DNA of 61,408 nt from an uncultured virus (IMG/VR IMGVR_UViG_3300044729_003978) (lineage: Duplodnaviria > Heunggongvirae > Uroviricota > Caudoviricetes): IMG/VR virus record IMGVR_UViG_3300044729_003978. One strand, 5' to 3'. Of this stretch, positions 19,507 through 27,967 are shown one piece after another; position 1 is the first letter of the stretch; every line of letters begins with the position of its first letter. A program made the translations under genes and the position numbers. The notes beneath the pieces are model-generated. The model searched no databases. It saw nothing but the letters and a program-made list of their open reading frames with translations, and was not told where the DNA came from.

Positions 19507-20197
19507 CTAAAGCCTCCCAACTAACTGGAAATAGTTCTTTCAATATTTTTCCTATAGTCTCGGCATAAACCCTAACTTCCCATTGCGCGTTACTATCAAC
19601 CCTTTGTTTGTATACTCTTGAATAGCTAGCTAGACTTCCAGTCCAATACCATTCAGTATAAGTACCCTGAGGCAAAACCGATCTAGCCTGCTCAGGCGCA
19701 ACACCCTCTTCCATCAGGTGAAGGTATAGATCAACAGCATCATCACAAATATTTTGATAGTAACCAGTTATATGGTCTGTATACTTCATTGGAGCAGAAC
19801 TCCCTTGCTTAGCTCCGTTTGTAGGTGCAGATCTCCAAAAAGGAACATAAAATTCGGGCTTGTCTTTGACATATCTTCTTGATATTTCATTTTCAACAAA
19901 CCCTACCTTATGCTTAAAAAGTTGAGTTCTTATGAATATGGGGGCTTTAAAATGAAGAGAGATTTGCGGATGCGCAAATGGCGTCCAGTGCTTGTGATCT
20001 GCTAGATATTTAACTAGCTTTTTATCTTTTTCAGAAAGACACAGTTCTTTCGCATTATTTTCCGACTTCTCCCAAGAACTTTCCTTGCTGAAGGAGACTC
20101 TAGCGGAGTTAACAACAGTTAGATCAGAACCCATATGGTCTATATATCTAACAAATCCGTTGTCTAGCACATCAAATTTTTTGCTTTCTAATTCCAT
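19496..20197 (-). CDS. thyX: FAD-dependent thymidylate synthase
   Basis: VVNSARVSF, HWTPF, QLFKHKVG..NEISRRY, PEQARSVLP and AQWEVR motifs. Confidence 0.95.
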   Translation of the reverse strand: MELESKKFDVLDNGFVRYIDHMGSDLTVVNSARVSFSKESSWEKSENNAKELCLSEKDKKLVKYLADHKHWTPFAHPQISLHFKAPIFIRTQLFKHKVGFVENEISRRYVKDKPEFYVPFWRSAPTNGAKQGSSAPMKYTDHITGYYQNICDDAVDLYLHLMEEGVAPEQARSVLPQGTYTEWYWTGSLASYSRVYKQRVDSNAQWEVRVYAETIGKILKELFPVSWEALVAD

Positions 20198-20600
20198 TTA
20201 TGAACTCACGATATTTTTTATTGATTGAAGCTCTAACCTGGGTGTCATCAAACTGCTCACCGATTGTTACCGTTATTTTATACGGTGATCTTACAATGAC
20301 CGATTCTACACCTTCTATTTCAGCAATAACGTTTGCTAAAGCTATAGAAACTGGATAATTGAAAAAAACCCAGTAATCATTATTTGTTCTATAATAGCAT
20401 TGTTGTGAAAATAAAGGAAATAGCTCGCCGTTTACCTCTACGGTTTTTGCTTCTATTTCTTCTGGGCCGCCAATCATATCTCCAGATCTATCTAGCATGT
20501 TGTAGCACATACTAGACTCGCCAGTAGGCTCTCTACAAATTGGGCAGATTTTCTTTTCCCAACGTATCTCAGGCTCTTTTGTCCAGTCTACCTTTTTCAT
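20172..20600 (-). CDS. hypothetical protein, C-terminal NifU-N (Nfu_N)-like segment
   Basis: ALANVIAEIEGVESVIVRSPYKITVT resembles the Nfu_N scaffold. Confidence 0.45.
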   Translation of the reverse strand: MKKVDWTKEPEIRWEKKICPICREPTGESSMCYNMLDRSGDMIGGPEEIEAKTVEVNGELFPLFSQQCYYRTNNDYWVFFNYPVSIALANVIAEIEGVESVIVRSPYKITVTIGEQFDDTQVRASINKKYREFINGIRKQKI

Positions 20601-20902
20601 TTTTGCATCCTTGGTGAAAGAAAAACAACAGGCGTTGCTGGCGCCTCAGGGTCTAGAGCTAGAGAGTTTTGAACAAGCTCTCGGAAGCTGTTAACTATTT
20701 CTGACATTGAGTTTATAACCTTAGAGTGGTATTCTTCGCCGTATGTTTTTTTAATCTGAGAATTAAGCGAATCTGTCGCTTTGTGATCAAATTGACATAT
20801 CATAACGGTTTTTATTATTGCATCAATAGAAGGCTCTTTTTCTGGAAGAGTTACTTCTACGTAATTTTCAGACTCGTTGATTTCTATACTTAGCTTTATC
20901 AA
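20597..20902 (-). CDS. hypothetical protein
   Basis: coupled to neighbouring genes. Confidence 0.5.
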   Translation of the reverse strand: MIKLSIEINESENYVEVTLPEKEPSIDAIIKTVMICQFDHKATDSLNSQIKKTYGEEYHSKVINSMSEIVNSFRELVQNSLALDPEAPATPVVFLSPRMQK

Positions 20903-21147
20903 GCAGTTTGCTCCATTGGAGTTTGTCTTCCGTATATTCTAAAATGCGCTAGCTCTGGCTCATAATCCCTATAGCTAACCCAGTGTATTTTTGGATTAGC
21001 TCTGTATGTCATCCCTTCGATTAGGGGATGGTCGGACGTTGCGATCTGTTGAATCTTGCTCTCTGGAGAGACAACAGTTACATAATAATGGTTGCCGTCG
21101 TGATTTATCTTAGATACTATTTTCACAAACATTTCCAAATACCTCAC
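20899..21147 (-). CDS. hypothetical protein
   Basis: coupled to neighbouring genes. Confidence 0.5.
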   Translation of the reverse strand: MRYLEMFVKIVSKINHDGNHYYVTVVSPESKIQQIATSDHPLIEGMTYRANPKIHWVSYRDYEPELAHFRIYGRQTPMEQTA

Positions 21148-21745
21148 TTATCTTTTGCGTTGAAAACTTATATGGCTTACTTAGTTTTTCTGACCAATAC
21201 TTTGGTAATGGTATATTTACCTTGATTGGTCGCTCCAGCTGACTAGGGCTGTAAAGAATACCTTCTGAATTCTCAAGCCTGAAGGAACTAGGCATGATGT
21301 TATAGTATTTTTGTTTGATGATTTTTTGTGTTATGCTTCCCTGCTTAACTAGATTAAAGTCTAGGTTCTTAATAAGCCATGTGTCCACATAAGACTCCAT
21401 ACCCCTGTTTATCCATCTTGTATCGCTTGTTGAAAACATGAGAGTTACATCGCGTTGACGAGCCAAAGAGCACATCATCATAAGAGCATCGTTGCTTTTC
21501 TTTTCTCCCTTAGGGAAGACCAATTGAGGCTCATCAATCCAAACGGCGCTGTCGCAAACGTCCTCAAAATTAACGTTTGGGATATTCTCTATACCAGTGC
21601 TAGCTAGAGCCTCTGGAAACGGATGGTCTACTATGTACTTCGACCTGCCTTTCATTGAGTCCATAATGTTATAACAAGAAGCGGTTTTTCCGCTTCCTGT
21701 GTGACCAACTACAGCTATTACTTTTGATTTGTTCCAATCAAACAT
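21110..21745 (-). CDS. P-loop ATPase, Zot/FtsK-HerA-like
   Basis: VVGHTGSGKT Walker A, WIDE Walker B, ARQR arginine motif. Confidence 0.7.
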   Translation of the reverse strand: MFDWNKSKVIAVVGHTGSGKTASCYNIMDSMKGRSKYIVDHPFPEALASTGIENIPNVNFEDVCDSAVWIDEPQLVFPKGEKKSNDALMMMCSLARQRDVTLMFSTSDTRWINRGMESYVDTWLIKNLDFNLVKQGSITQKIIKQKYYNIMPSSFRLENSEGILYSPSQLERPIKVNIPLPKYWSEKLSKPYKFSTQKISEVFGNVCENSI

Positions 21746-22283
21746 TTGTTGTTACCATTGATACAGACCAGAAAATACCACCGTTACGACCCTTCTTGAA
21801 GGCGATTTCCTTTCCATACTTGTCAATGATTGCTTGCTTCATATCTGCTGGATAAAGGTTGTACTTTTCCGAAAGCTTTACTAGCTTTGCGGTTCGCTCA
21901 TTGACTGACTTTTCAAAATCGGTCCAGTCAATTGTTGTCTCTGACACGTTGTTCTTCTTGTTCTTCGTCATTTTTACGTTCCTTTTGTCTGAGTTATCTA
22001 ACTGCTCTAGGTCAAGCATACACAGCCTGCAAAGAGGATAGACATATTTTCCATTGTATATCGGAGAGATACCTGTGCGACTTAAGCATTTCGTGCATAA
22101 GGAATCACAAATTTCTTCTTTCTCGTTATACATTACGTAGCATTTAATTTTACCAGCGATTAGTAATGGAGAAAATGAAAGGATATACTCTGAAGATATG
22201 TTAAGATTTTTCCTTGATTCTAAATCAGAAAGACATTCTTCGTAGCTTCTATATTTGAAACGTGATAAGCTTAGCTGTCCCAT
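21738..22283 (-). CDS. hypothetical protein
   Basis: CxxC pairs in the N-half; may be two genes, the second starting at MTKNKK. Confidence 0.45.
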   Translation of the reverse strand: MGQLSLSRFKYRSYEECLSDLESRKNLNISSEYILSFSPLLIAGKIKCYVMYNEKEEICDSLCTKCLSRTGISPIYNGKYVYPLCRLCMLDLEQLDNSDKRNVKMTKNKKNNVSETTIDWTDFEKSVNERTAKLVKLSEKYNLYPADMKQAIIDKYGKEIAFKKGRNGGIFWSVSMVTTNV

Positions 22284-22641
22284 CGTGTACTCTCCTGTCT
22301 GAAAGTCTTATCTCTGTTTTTTCCTTGATGCTATCCCAGGGAATAACTAACCACTTATTCGGTGATACGCAAGCGGCCAAAATATCAAAGTCGCCGTCTA
22401 AATACCTAACTTTGCTACCGCGCTTCTTGTTATTTCTACGCAGGTCGCATCTATATTCTCCGATTTTCTCGTCTAAATAAAAACTTTTTATCTGTACTTT
22501 TTTAAAACCTTCTCCAAAGTCTGTTATATAGTCGTACCTCATGAAATCGAATATAGGCTTACAGCAATGAAAACCCATGTTTACGCACATAAGCTCAAAC
22601 AATACTTCTGAAGATTTTCCTTTTATATTTGTCTTATGCAT
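22249..22641 (-). CDS. PD-(D/E)XK endonuclease (group I intron-associated/homing type)
   Basis: KGKSSE...YDYI...KVQIKS...FDILA signature. Confidence 0.8.
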   Translation of the reverse strand: MHKTNIKGKSSEVLFELMCVNMGFHCCKPIFDFMRYDYITDFGEGFKKVQIKSFYLDEKIGEYRCDLRRNNKKRGSKVRYLDGDFDILAACVSPNKWLVIPWDSIKEKTEIRLSDRRVHDGTAKLITFQI

Positions 22642-23035
22642 TCTTGCCGCATTTTGCTCTCATTTCACAGAGGATTATGCTAGTTGTATTTGAAATCTTT
22701 TTATAGTGTTTACTGTAAAGTGAAAGATCTCCGTTGCTGTAGGCTTCCCACATAATCTGTGTTATAATGTAAGGATCGGTTATTCCTAGGCAGTAGTGCC
22801 AAGAGAAGGCCGAAACCAAAGCTGCGCTAGTGTCAAGATCTTCTTCGCAAATCGGAAGCCCATACGCCTGAGTCTCCATTATTGTATAAACAGGAGAAAA
22901 AACTTTCATTATAGCATTTAGTTCAGATCCGTCAATAACATCTACCTTTGGTTGTCTCACTAGTTTTGCTTTGGATTTCTTGAAATTCTCTACTAGTTGT
23001 AGAAAGAAGAAGGATGAAAGGATAGATGATTTCAT
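22634..23035 (-). CDS. hypothetical protein
   Basis: coupled to neighbouring genes. Confidence 0.5.
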   Translation of the reverse strand: MKSSILSSFFFLQLVENFKKSKAKLVRQPKVDVIDGSELNAIMKVFSPVYTIMETQAYGLPICEEDLDTSAALVSAFSWHYCLGITDPYIITQIMWEAYSNGDLSLYSKHYKKISNTTSIILCEMRAKCGKNA

Positions 23036-23451
23036 ATAAGTCTAATATCTTTGCCTTGAGCTTTAGAGTCGGATTTACCTTTTTCTGTGAGGAAAATTTC
23101 GTATACGCCAGAGCTTGATTGTTTAATCGTTATTAAGCCCTCTGTTTTAAGTTCGTGTATGTGGTTTTCTGTTATTATCTCAGCGGCTAGGTCTAGATCG
23201 TTTTCGTCTAGAGCAAATTCTGGGTTTTTAGCTAGGTAAGCGTCTATAGCGTAGACTATTGGTGGAATATCGCCAGCCTTTAAAAATACGAGAGTGTAAT
23301 ACGAAGCAAAAAGAGGAATCTTTTCTTTATTTGAAACCTCTCCAAATTCTAGCTGTGTACATATGGCACTAAAAGCAGACATGATCTGCTTGTAGTCTTT
23401 ATTTAGTCTTGTTCTAGCTATATATTTATATTCCATTTGTTTTCTATACAC
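23032..23451 (-). CDS. hypothetical protein with C-terminal winged-helix-like end
   Basis: LKTEGLITI...YEIFLTEKG. Confidence 0.5.
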   Translation of the reverse strand: MYRKQMEYKYIARTRLNKDYKQIMSAFSAICTQLEFGEVSNKEKIPLFASYYTLVFLKAGDIPPIVYAIDAYLAKNPEFALDENDLDLAAEIITENHIHELKTEGLITIKQSSSGVYEIFLTEKGKSDSKAQGKDIRLI

Positions 23452-23945
23452 TTCATTTTAGCCTCTCTTATCATAGAGTATATCTTTTGAGGGTTTAAAT
23501 TCAATTTTTTAGAGATATCAACGACATCAATTGAATCTATAAATCTCATTTTAAGAATCTCAAACTCCTCCTTTGTTAGTATTGAGACTAGAATATTAAA
23601 CGACTCTACAGCTTCTATATTCGACTCAGATTCATAGAACGGTTTTCTTTTCTGAGAAGAAATCCTATCCCTTACTCTAGATATCTTTATATAGTTTTGA
23701 AGCATAGATTTAACAACACCTCGACCTCTGTTGTAGGCATAGGTTGTAAAATCAGCCTTCAATGGGTCGTAGTTGAATCTGTTATTCCATAGATCTATGA
23801 AAACTTCACTTATCGCGTCTTCTCTTTGATCCCTTGGAAGCTTTCCGATTATAGGTCCGTTTTTAGTAAAACGTTTTTTTATGTGATTGGCAATGAAAGA
23901 CTTTGCGTCATCATCGCTCATTGATTTAAAGTCTGGCTTTGCCAT
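23418..23945 (-). CDS. sigma-70 family (ECF-like) RNA polymerase sigma factor
   Basis: region 2 REDAISEVFIDLW...YDP..ADFTTYAY plus a region-4 HTH; start taken as ATG 23945 because upstream codons lie inside the tRNA. Confidence 0.8.
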   Translation of the reverse strand: MAKPDFKSMSDDDAKSFIANHIKKRFTKNGPIIGKLPRDQREDAISEVFIDLWNNRFNYDPLKADFTTYAYNRGRGVVKSMLQNYIKISRVRDRISSQKRKPFYESESNIEAVESFNILVSILTKEEFEILKMRFIDSIDVVDISKKLNLNPQKIYSMIREAKMKCIENKWNINI

Positions 23946-23947
23946 AA

Positions 23948-24021
23948 CACTCCCGAGAGGACTCGAACCTCTGACCAATAGCTTAGAAGGCTATTGCTCT
24001 ATCCAACTGAGCTACGGGAGT
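23948..24021 (-). tRNA. tRNA-Arg(TCT)
   Basis: ACTCCCG/CGGGAGT acceptor stem, anticodon loop CT-TCT-AA, T-loop TTCGAGT; CCA not encoded. Confidence 0.95.
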
Positions 24022-24027
24022 AATTGT

Positions 24028-24240
24028 TTAAACTGCCACAACTAGGCAGTGTGGAATTATATTCTTCCAGTGATTCTTTATCTTAAGATAATCGTTCTTT
24101 GAACACTGGTATGATATACTTATGGTGTTGTAACCACAAGACATGTTTTCGTGCAAAAATGGCTCAGTGTTTAGAGCTGCTGTTATTTTATTTAAAGATT
24201 CTGCGTTTGACGCTCTTGGTATTTCTACATTAATATACAT
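24028..24240 (-). CDS. hypothetical protein
   Basis: fills the gap between uvsE and the tRNA. Confidence 0.45.
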   Translation of the reverse strand: MYINVEIPRASNAESLNKITAALNTEPFLHENMSCGYNTISISYQCSKNDYLKIKNHWKNIIPHCLVVAV

Positions 24241-25138
24241 AAGTGCTTCTATTCTTTATAAGTGCTTTATCTTTTGCTTTTGCCTCAATCATCACATCGT
24301 AATATACGCTTTCACTTACGTTTGGTATGCGAAATTCTATAAAATCCGAGTGTGCTTGCGGCATTTTTCCTTCAGCAGACTCAGAGTAGTGAATCTTAGG
24401 AGTTTCCTTTTGCCAAGTAGAAAAGCATAGACTGGCAGCTTGCTCAATAGATTCGTCGTTTCTAAATTTATGGTGATGCACGTCAAGAACAAGTTTGACG
24501 CCGCATTCCGAATAGATTTTTTCATAAAGCTCTGTTACCGACCACATTCCTGGTTTATCGTCATTCTCTATCGTCACTTGATCTCTTACGCTAGAGTCTA
24601 GTGACATGAAGTTTTTACAAAATCTTTTTGCGGTCTCTATCTTGTCTAGATAGGCGCCGCCTATGTGGAAATTTATGCAGAAATTTTCAGACCCAAGCAT
24701 TTGTCCTATCTCGTAGTGCATCTCGACAGACTTTATGCTTTTGCTACAAACATCAGGATCTTTTGATGCTAGACATGTGTAAGGCCCGGGGTGGCAGGAT
24801 AATCTGATGCCATAGGTTTTTGCTAATGCGCCAGCCAACCTCATATTTTCAATTATCTCTTCCTTGTCTTTGAGTTGCTCAATCTTATATCCAATCTCTG
24901 TGTGGTCGTAAAAAGGGAATAGGTTGCTACTCACCCTGAAGAACTTAACACTGTTTTCTGAATTCCATTTCATAATGGAGATTAGATCTTTTGTGTTTCT
25001 TTTTATCAGCTCGCTAGCGACATCAAGATTAAAGTTAGCAAGACGACAAGTCCTGTCAGTAAGTACCTTTTCATTTTTAGTTTTGTTATCATTGATAGTT
25101 AGATTTTGACAGGCGTATCCAAGATTTCTAACGGGCAT
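24230..25138 (-). CDS. uvsE: UV-damage endonuclease UvsE/UVDE
   Basis: LGYAC, FFRVSS, RLSCHPG, IENDD, DVHHH, HYSE, AHSD and MIEAKAKD motifs. Confidence 0.93.
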   Translation of the reverse strand: MPVRNLGYACQNLTINDNKTKNEKVLTDRTCRLANFNLDVASELIKRNTKDLISIMKWNSENSVKFFRVSSNLFPFYDHTEIGYKIEQLKDKEEIIENMRLAGALAKTYGIRLSCHPGPYTCLASKDPDVCSKSIKSVEMHYEIGQMLGSENFCINFHIGGAYLDKIETAKRFCKNFMSLDSSVRDQVTIENDDKPGMWSVTELYEKIYSECGVKLVLDVHHHKFRNDESIEQAASLCFSTWQKETPKIHYSESAEGKMPQAHSDFIEFRIPNVSESVYYDVMIEAKAKDKALIKNRSTYVY

Positions 25139-25151
25139 TGTATTACCTAAT

Positions 25152-25697
25152 TTAAATCTCACATATAACAATATATTCATCGGGATGTGTAGTTTCATCT
25201 ATTCTACACGAACCCACGCTAGAAGCAATCTCTTTTATCTCATTTTTTGTATAAGAAACAAGTTGCAAAAGAGAAAGTCCTTTGATGTTTTCTTGTTTTA
25301 TAACTGTAAACAGAATATATTTATTTGTAACTTTTTTACTTTGTTCAAGTAATTTTTTAAGTATTTCTTTATTATCTTGAATATTTTCATTTATATTGTA
25401 AGTTACTGTTCCGTATAAACAAACAATATCATATTTGTTATTTGGTATTTCAGTAAATGTTTGACAGTTACATAATGCTAATGCATCAGTTCTTATATCA
25501 ACTGCATGATATATCACATCATAATTATTATATTTTAACCATTTATGTAAATTACAGCAACCAGAACCAACATCAAGAATACTTTTAAACTTTAATTGAT
25601 TTAATACTGAAAATCTTTTGTTAGATAATACTAAATCATATCCTGTATTTTCTGCTTTAGGATAATAATAATTTATTTCGCGGGTTCTGTTGGCCAT
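25152..25697 (-). CDS. class I SAM-dependent methyltransferase
   Basis: SILDVGSG, AVDI and YDIV motifs; very AT-rich. Confidence 0.8.
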   Translation of the reverse strand: MANRTREINYYYPKAENTGYDLVLSNKRFSVLNQLKFKSILDVGSGCCNLHKWLKYNNYDVIYHAVDIRTDALALCNCQTFTEIPNNKYDIVCLYGTVTYNINENIQDNKEILKKLLEQSKKVTNKYILFTVIKQENIKGLSLLQLVSYTKNEIKEIASSVGSCRIDETTHPDEYIVICEI

Positions 25698-26140
25698 ATT
25701 ATATCAAATGGATCCGATTGATTGGTAATATCACGAAGAGATTGACGATACGATGCCCATTCTGCTTTAGTTTGTAAATCAAGCGGTACATCTGAAAGTT
25801 GAGTCCAATCACAAAGAGATAATTTATAATTTCTTTGTCTACGACAAATTTCCCATGCTTCGGTGTTAGATACTGGAGTTACAGTATATGTCCCCAAAAC
25901 AGTTTTATTTTCTTCATCAATTGTATATTGTATTGTTGAAACAATATAAAGACGATTATTTGTGCTTGGTTGAGATTCTTCGACTACTTGATAAAATTTA
26001 CATCCATTGTTTTCAGACCACGAAAGATCCGACAATTCTAAATCAGACAAAACATGAAAATTGGATACATTTTTCCATGCTGTCGGAAGTTCATTATGAA
26101 TTTTAATTATTGTGTTGTTGTTTATTTCTGCGTATTTCAT
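25673..26140 (-). CDS. phage tail-fibre assembly chaperone
   Basis: RRQRNYKLSLCDWTQLSD...WASYRQSLRDI..Q...IWP signature. Confidence 0.88.
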   Translation of the reverse strand: MKYAEINNNTIIKIHNELPTAWKNVSNFHVLSDLELSDLSWSENNGCKFYQVVEESQPSTNNRLYIVSTIQYTIDEENKTVLGTYTVTPVSNTEAWEICRRQRNYKLSLCDWTQLSDVPLDLQTKAEWASYRQSLRDITNQSDPFDIIWPTEPAK

Positions 26141-26152
26141 TTTTCTGTATTG

Positions 26153-26665
26153 TTACATTATTTGCTGAAAAATAATCGTGTCAAGAACAGCATTTGAGTC
26201 ACTTTGATTATTTATTCTTATCGTTACACTATGTACAGCAGGCGGAAATGGAGGCGCATTCCCAAATCCAAAGAATGCAAGATAGTCTCCTGAAGACACA
26301 GACAAAGAAGAAACGACCAAAGAAGATCCGTTGTAAAGAGTTGAAAAACCACCAGTAGTTTTACCTTCTGGTGTAGGTGTACCACCGTATTGATTGCTGC
26401 TATCGCAATACTCGGGCGAATAGGATGTGGGCGACGATGCTTTTCTGTAATACACACTTGGTGGAGTTCCACTTGTTGCTGTAACTGTAAAGGTTAGGGT
26501 AATTGCTTGGTTGATACCCAGTATTTGTTCTTCAGTATAGTCTGCACATGGAGAAATATCATCATTTCCCAATGTCCCTGTCCAATTCACAGCGGCAGGA
26601 GTAACATCTACCGCAGATCCCTTTTTTGCTAAAGTTCCTATTTTACTTGCTATTCCACCGTACAT
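26153..26665 (-). CDS. putative tail/receptor-binding accessory protein
   Basis: Ser/Thr/Gly-rich, beta-rich; inside the fibre module. Confidence 0.55.
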   Translation of the reverse strand: MYGGIASKIGTLAKKGSAVDVTPAAVNWTGTLGNDDISPCADYTEEQILGINQAITLTFTVTATSGTPPSVYYRKASSPTSYSPEYCDSSNQYGGTPTPEGKTTGGFSTLYNGSSLVVSSLSVSSGDYLAFFGFGNAPPFPPAVHSVTIRINNQSDSNAVLDTIIFQQIM

Positions 26666-27444
26666 TAGAAGTTTTGACCTCCAACAAATCCATAAAATGT
26701 AACTCCAGCATCATCTGAAAGGAAAGATATTATGTCTTTTTTACCGTTTGTGCTTGTCATTGTTGGTGCAGTTCCACCAGGCCATTTTACAGATGCAGGC
26801 CATGTTATGGTTCTTGCAGTTCCATCAGCAGTAAATATTATGGTAAATCCAACAGCATTTATTGTTGAAGCATTATCTGGAATATTGTTTATTGTTATGC
26901 TAGTAATACTAAGACTTAAAGTAACTTGAAATACTTGACCACTTGAAAGATCTAATGTAAGTCCTCCTCCTTTTGCTGCGGAAACCAACACTGCTCGTTC
27001 AAAATAATCAAGCATTTCCATTCTACTTAAAGTTTTATCTGATAATACAACACCGTGATTAAATGTAGTAGAACCAGTAGATGCACCAATAGAGATAGAT
27101 GTACCAGCACCACCAATATTTAAAGTAGTTGCTGTTGCATTGAATAAAGATGCAGTCGCCGACGATGTGGTTAAATCTCCACCGTTTACCGCAACATCGC
27201 CTGTTACTGTTAAAGTATCGGTAGTCTTGTTATAGGTTAATCCAGAGTCTCCTCCGAGATTACCACCATCATTAAATTGAACTTGAGTATCGGAACCCGC
27301 TGGTGCTGCACCGATAAGAGTTCCAGATCCATCGGCAGCACCAATATAGATACGCTTATTTGTTGTATCTACAGCTAATTCATGTTGAGTTATTGTACCT
27401 GTTGTCGGAGCAGTAGTGCCCCGTCTTGGTTTAATTGTTGCCAT
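26665..27444 (-). CDS. tail-fibre-like protein
   Basis: MATIKPRRGT N-terminus, GSDTQVQFNDGG repeat, ITWPASVKWPGGTAP...DIISF C-terminal domain. Confidence 0.75.
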   Translation of the reverse strand: MATIKPRRGTTAPTTGTITQHELAVDTTNKRIYIGAADGSGTLIGAAPAGSDTQVQFNDGGNLGGDSGLTYNKTTDTLTVTGDVAVNGGDLTTSSATASLFNATATTLNIGGAGTSISIGASTGSTTFNHGVVLSDKTLSRMEMLDYFERAVLVSAAKGGGLTLDLSSGQVFQVTLSLSITSITINNIPDNASTINAVGFTIIFTADGTARTITWPASVKWPGGTAPTMTSTNGKKDIISFLSDDAGVTFYGFVGGQNF

Positions 27445-27457
27445 TCATGACTCCACA

Positions 27458-27952
27458 TTAGTAAGAATCGCCATCCAAAATGTATTCCGATTCTTTGATC
27501 TTTGACTTCTTCTTTTTCGGTTCTGATGCTTCAATCTTATTGTTAGCAGTATTTAGTTGGGTTTTAAGATCTTCGATTATCACTTGCTGTTCACGAATAG
27601 AGTTTCTATTTATAGAAATAGTGTTGGCTTGCTCTTCGCAAGTTTTACGCAACTGTTCTACTGTATTCTGCAATTGAACAACTAATTGGGTTTGTTGTCC
27701 AACTTCGTTGTTTTTATTCTGTGTTACTTGATTTAAAGTTTGCTGAAGTTGTCTATTGGACTCTTCAGAATTAGAAAACTTAATATTAAAGGTGTTTTCT
27801 GCATCCTTTAATTTATCTTCTAGTGTTTTGTACCTAGACTGTTCTACCAAAAGATGCGCTTCAAGAATCATGTTACTGTTTAACAGATCTTGAGTTTTCT
27901 TTTGTAAGAACGGTATAATTACAGTTTCATTATAATTAGATTCTTTTGACAT
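27458..27952 (-). CDS. coiled-coil protein of the fibre module
   Basis: Gln/Glu heptads; ends ILDGDSY. Confidence 0.6.
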   Translation of the reverse strand: MSKESNYNETVIIPFLQKKTQDLLNSNMILEAHLLVEQSRYKTLEDKLKDAENTFNIKFSNSEESNRQLQQTLNQVTQNKNNEVGQQTQLVVQLQNTVEQLRKTCEEQANTISINRNSIREQQVIIEDLKTQLNTANNKIEASEPKKKKSKIKESEYILDGDSY

Positions 27953-27967
27953 GCTTTATTATAGCTT

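Noticed and set aside
22249..22641. Group I intron around the PD-(D/E)XK endonuclease
   Set aside because: The ORF overlaps both neighbours with no room for an intron core; treated as free-standing.
23946..23978. N-terminal extension MVRGSSPLGSV of the sigma ORF
   Set aside because: It is the translated T-arm/acceptor of tRNA-Arg.
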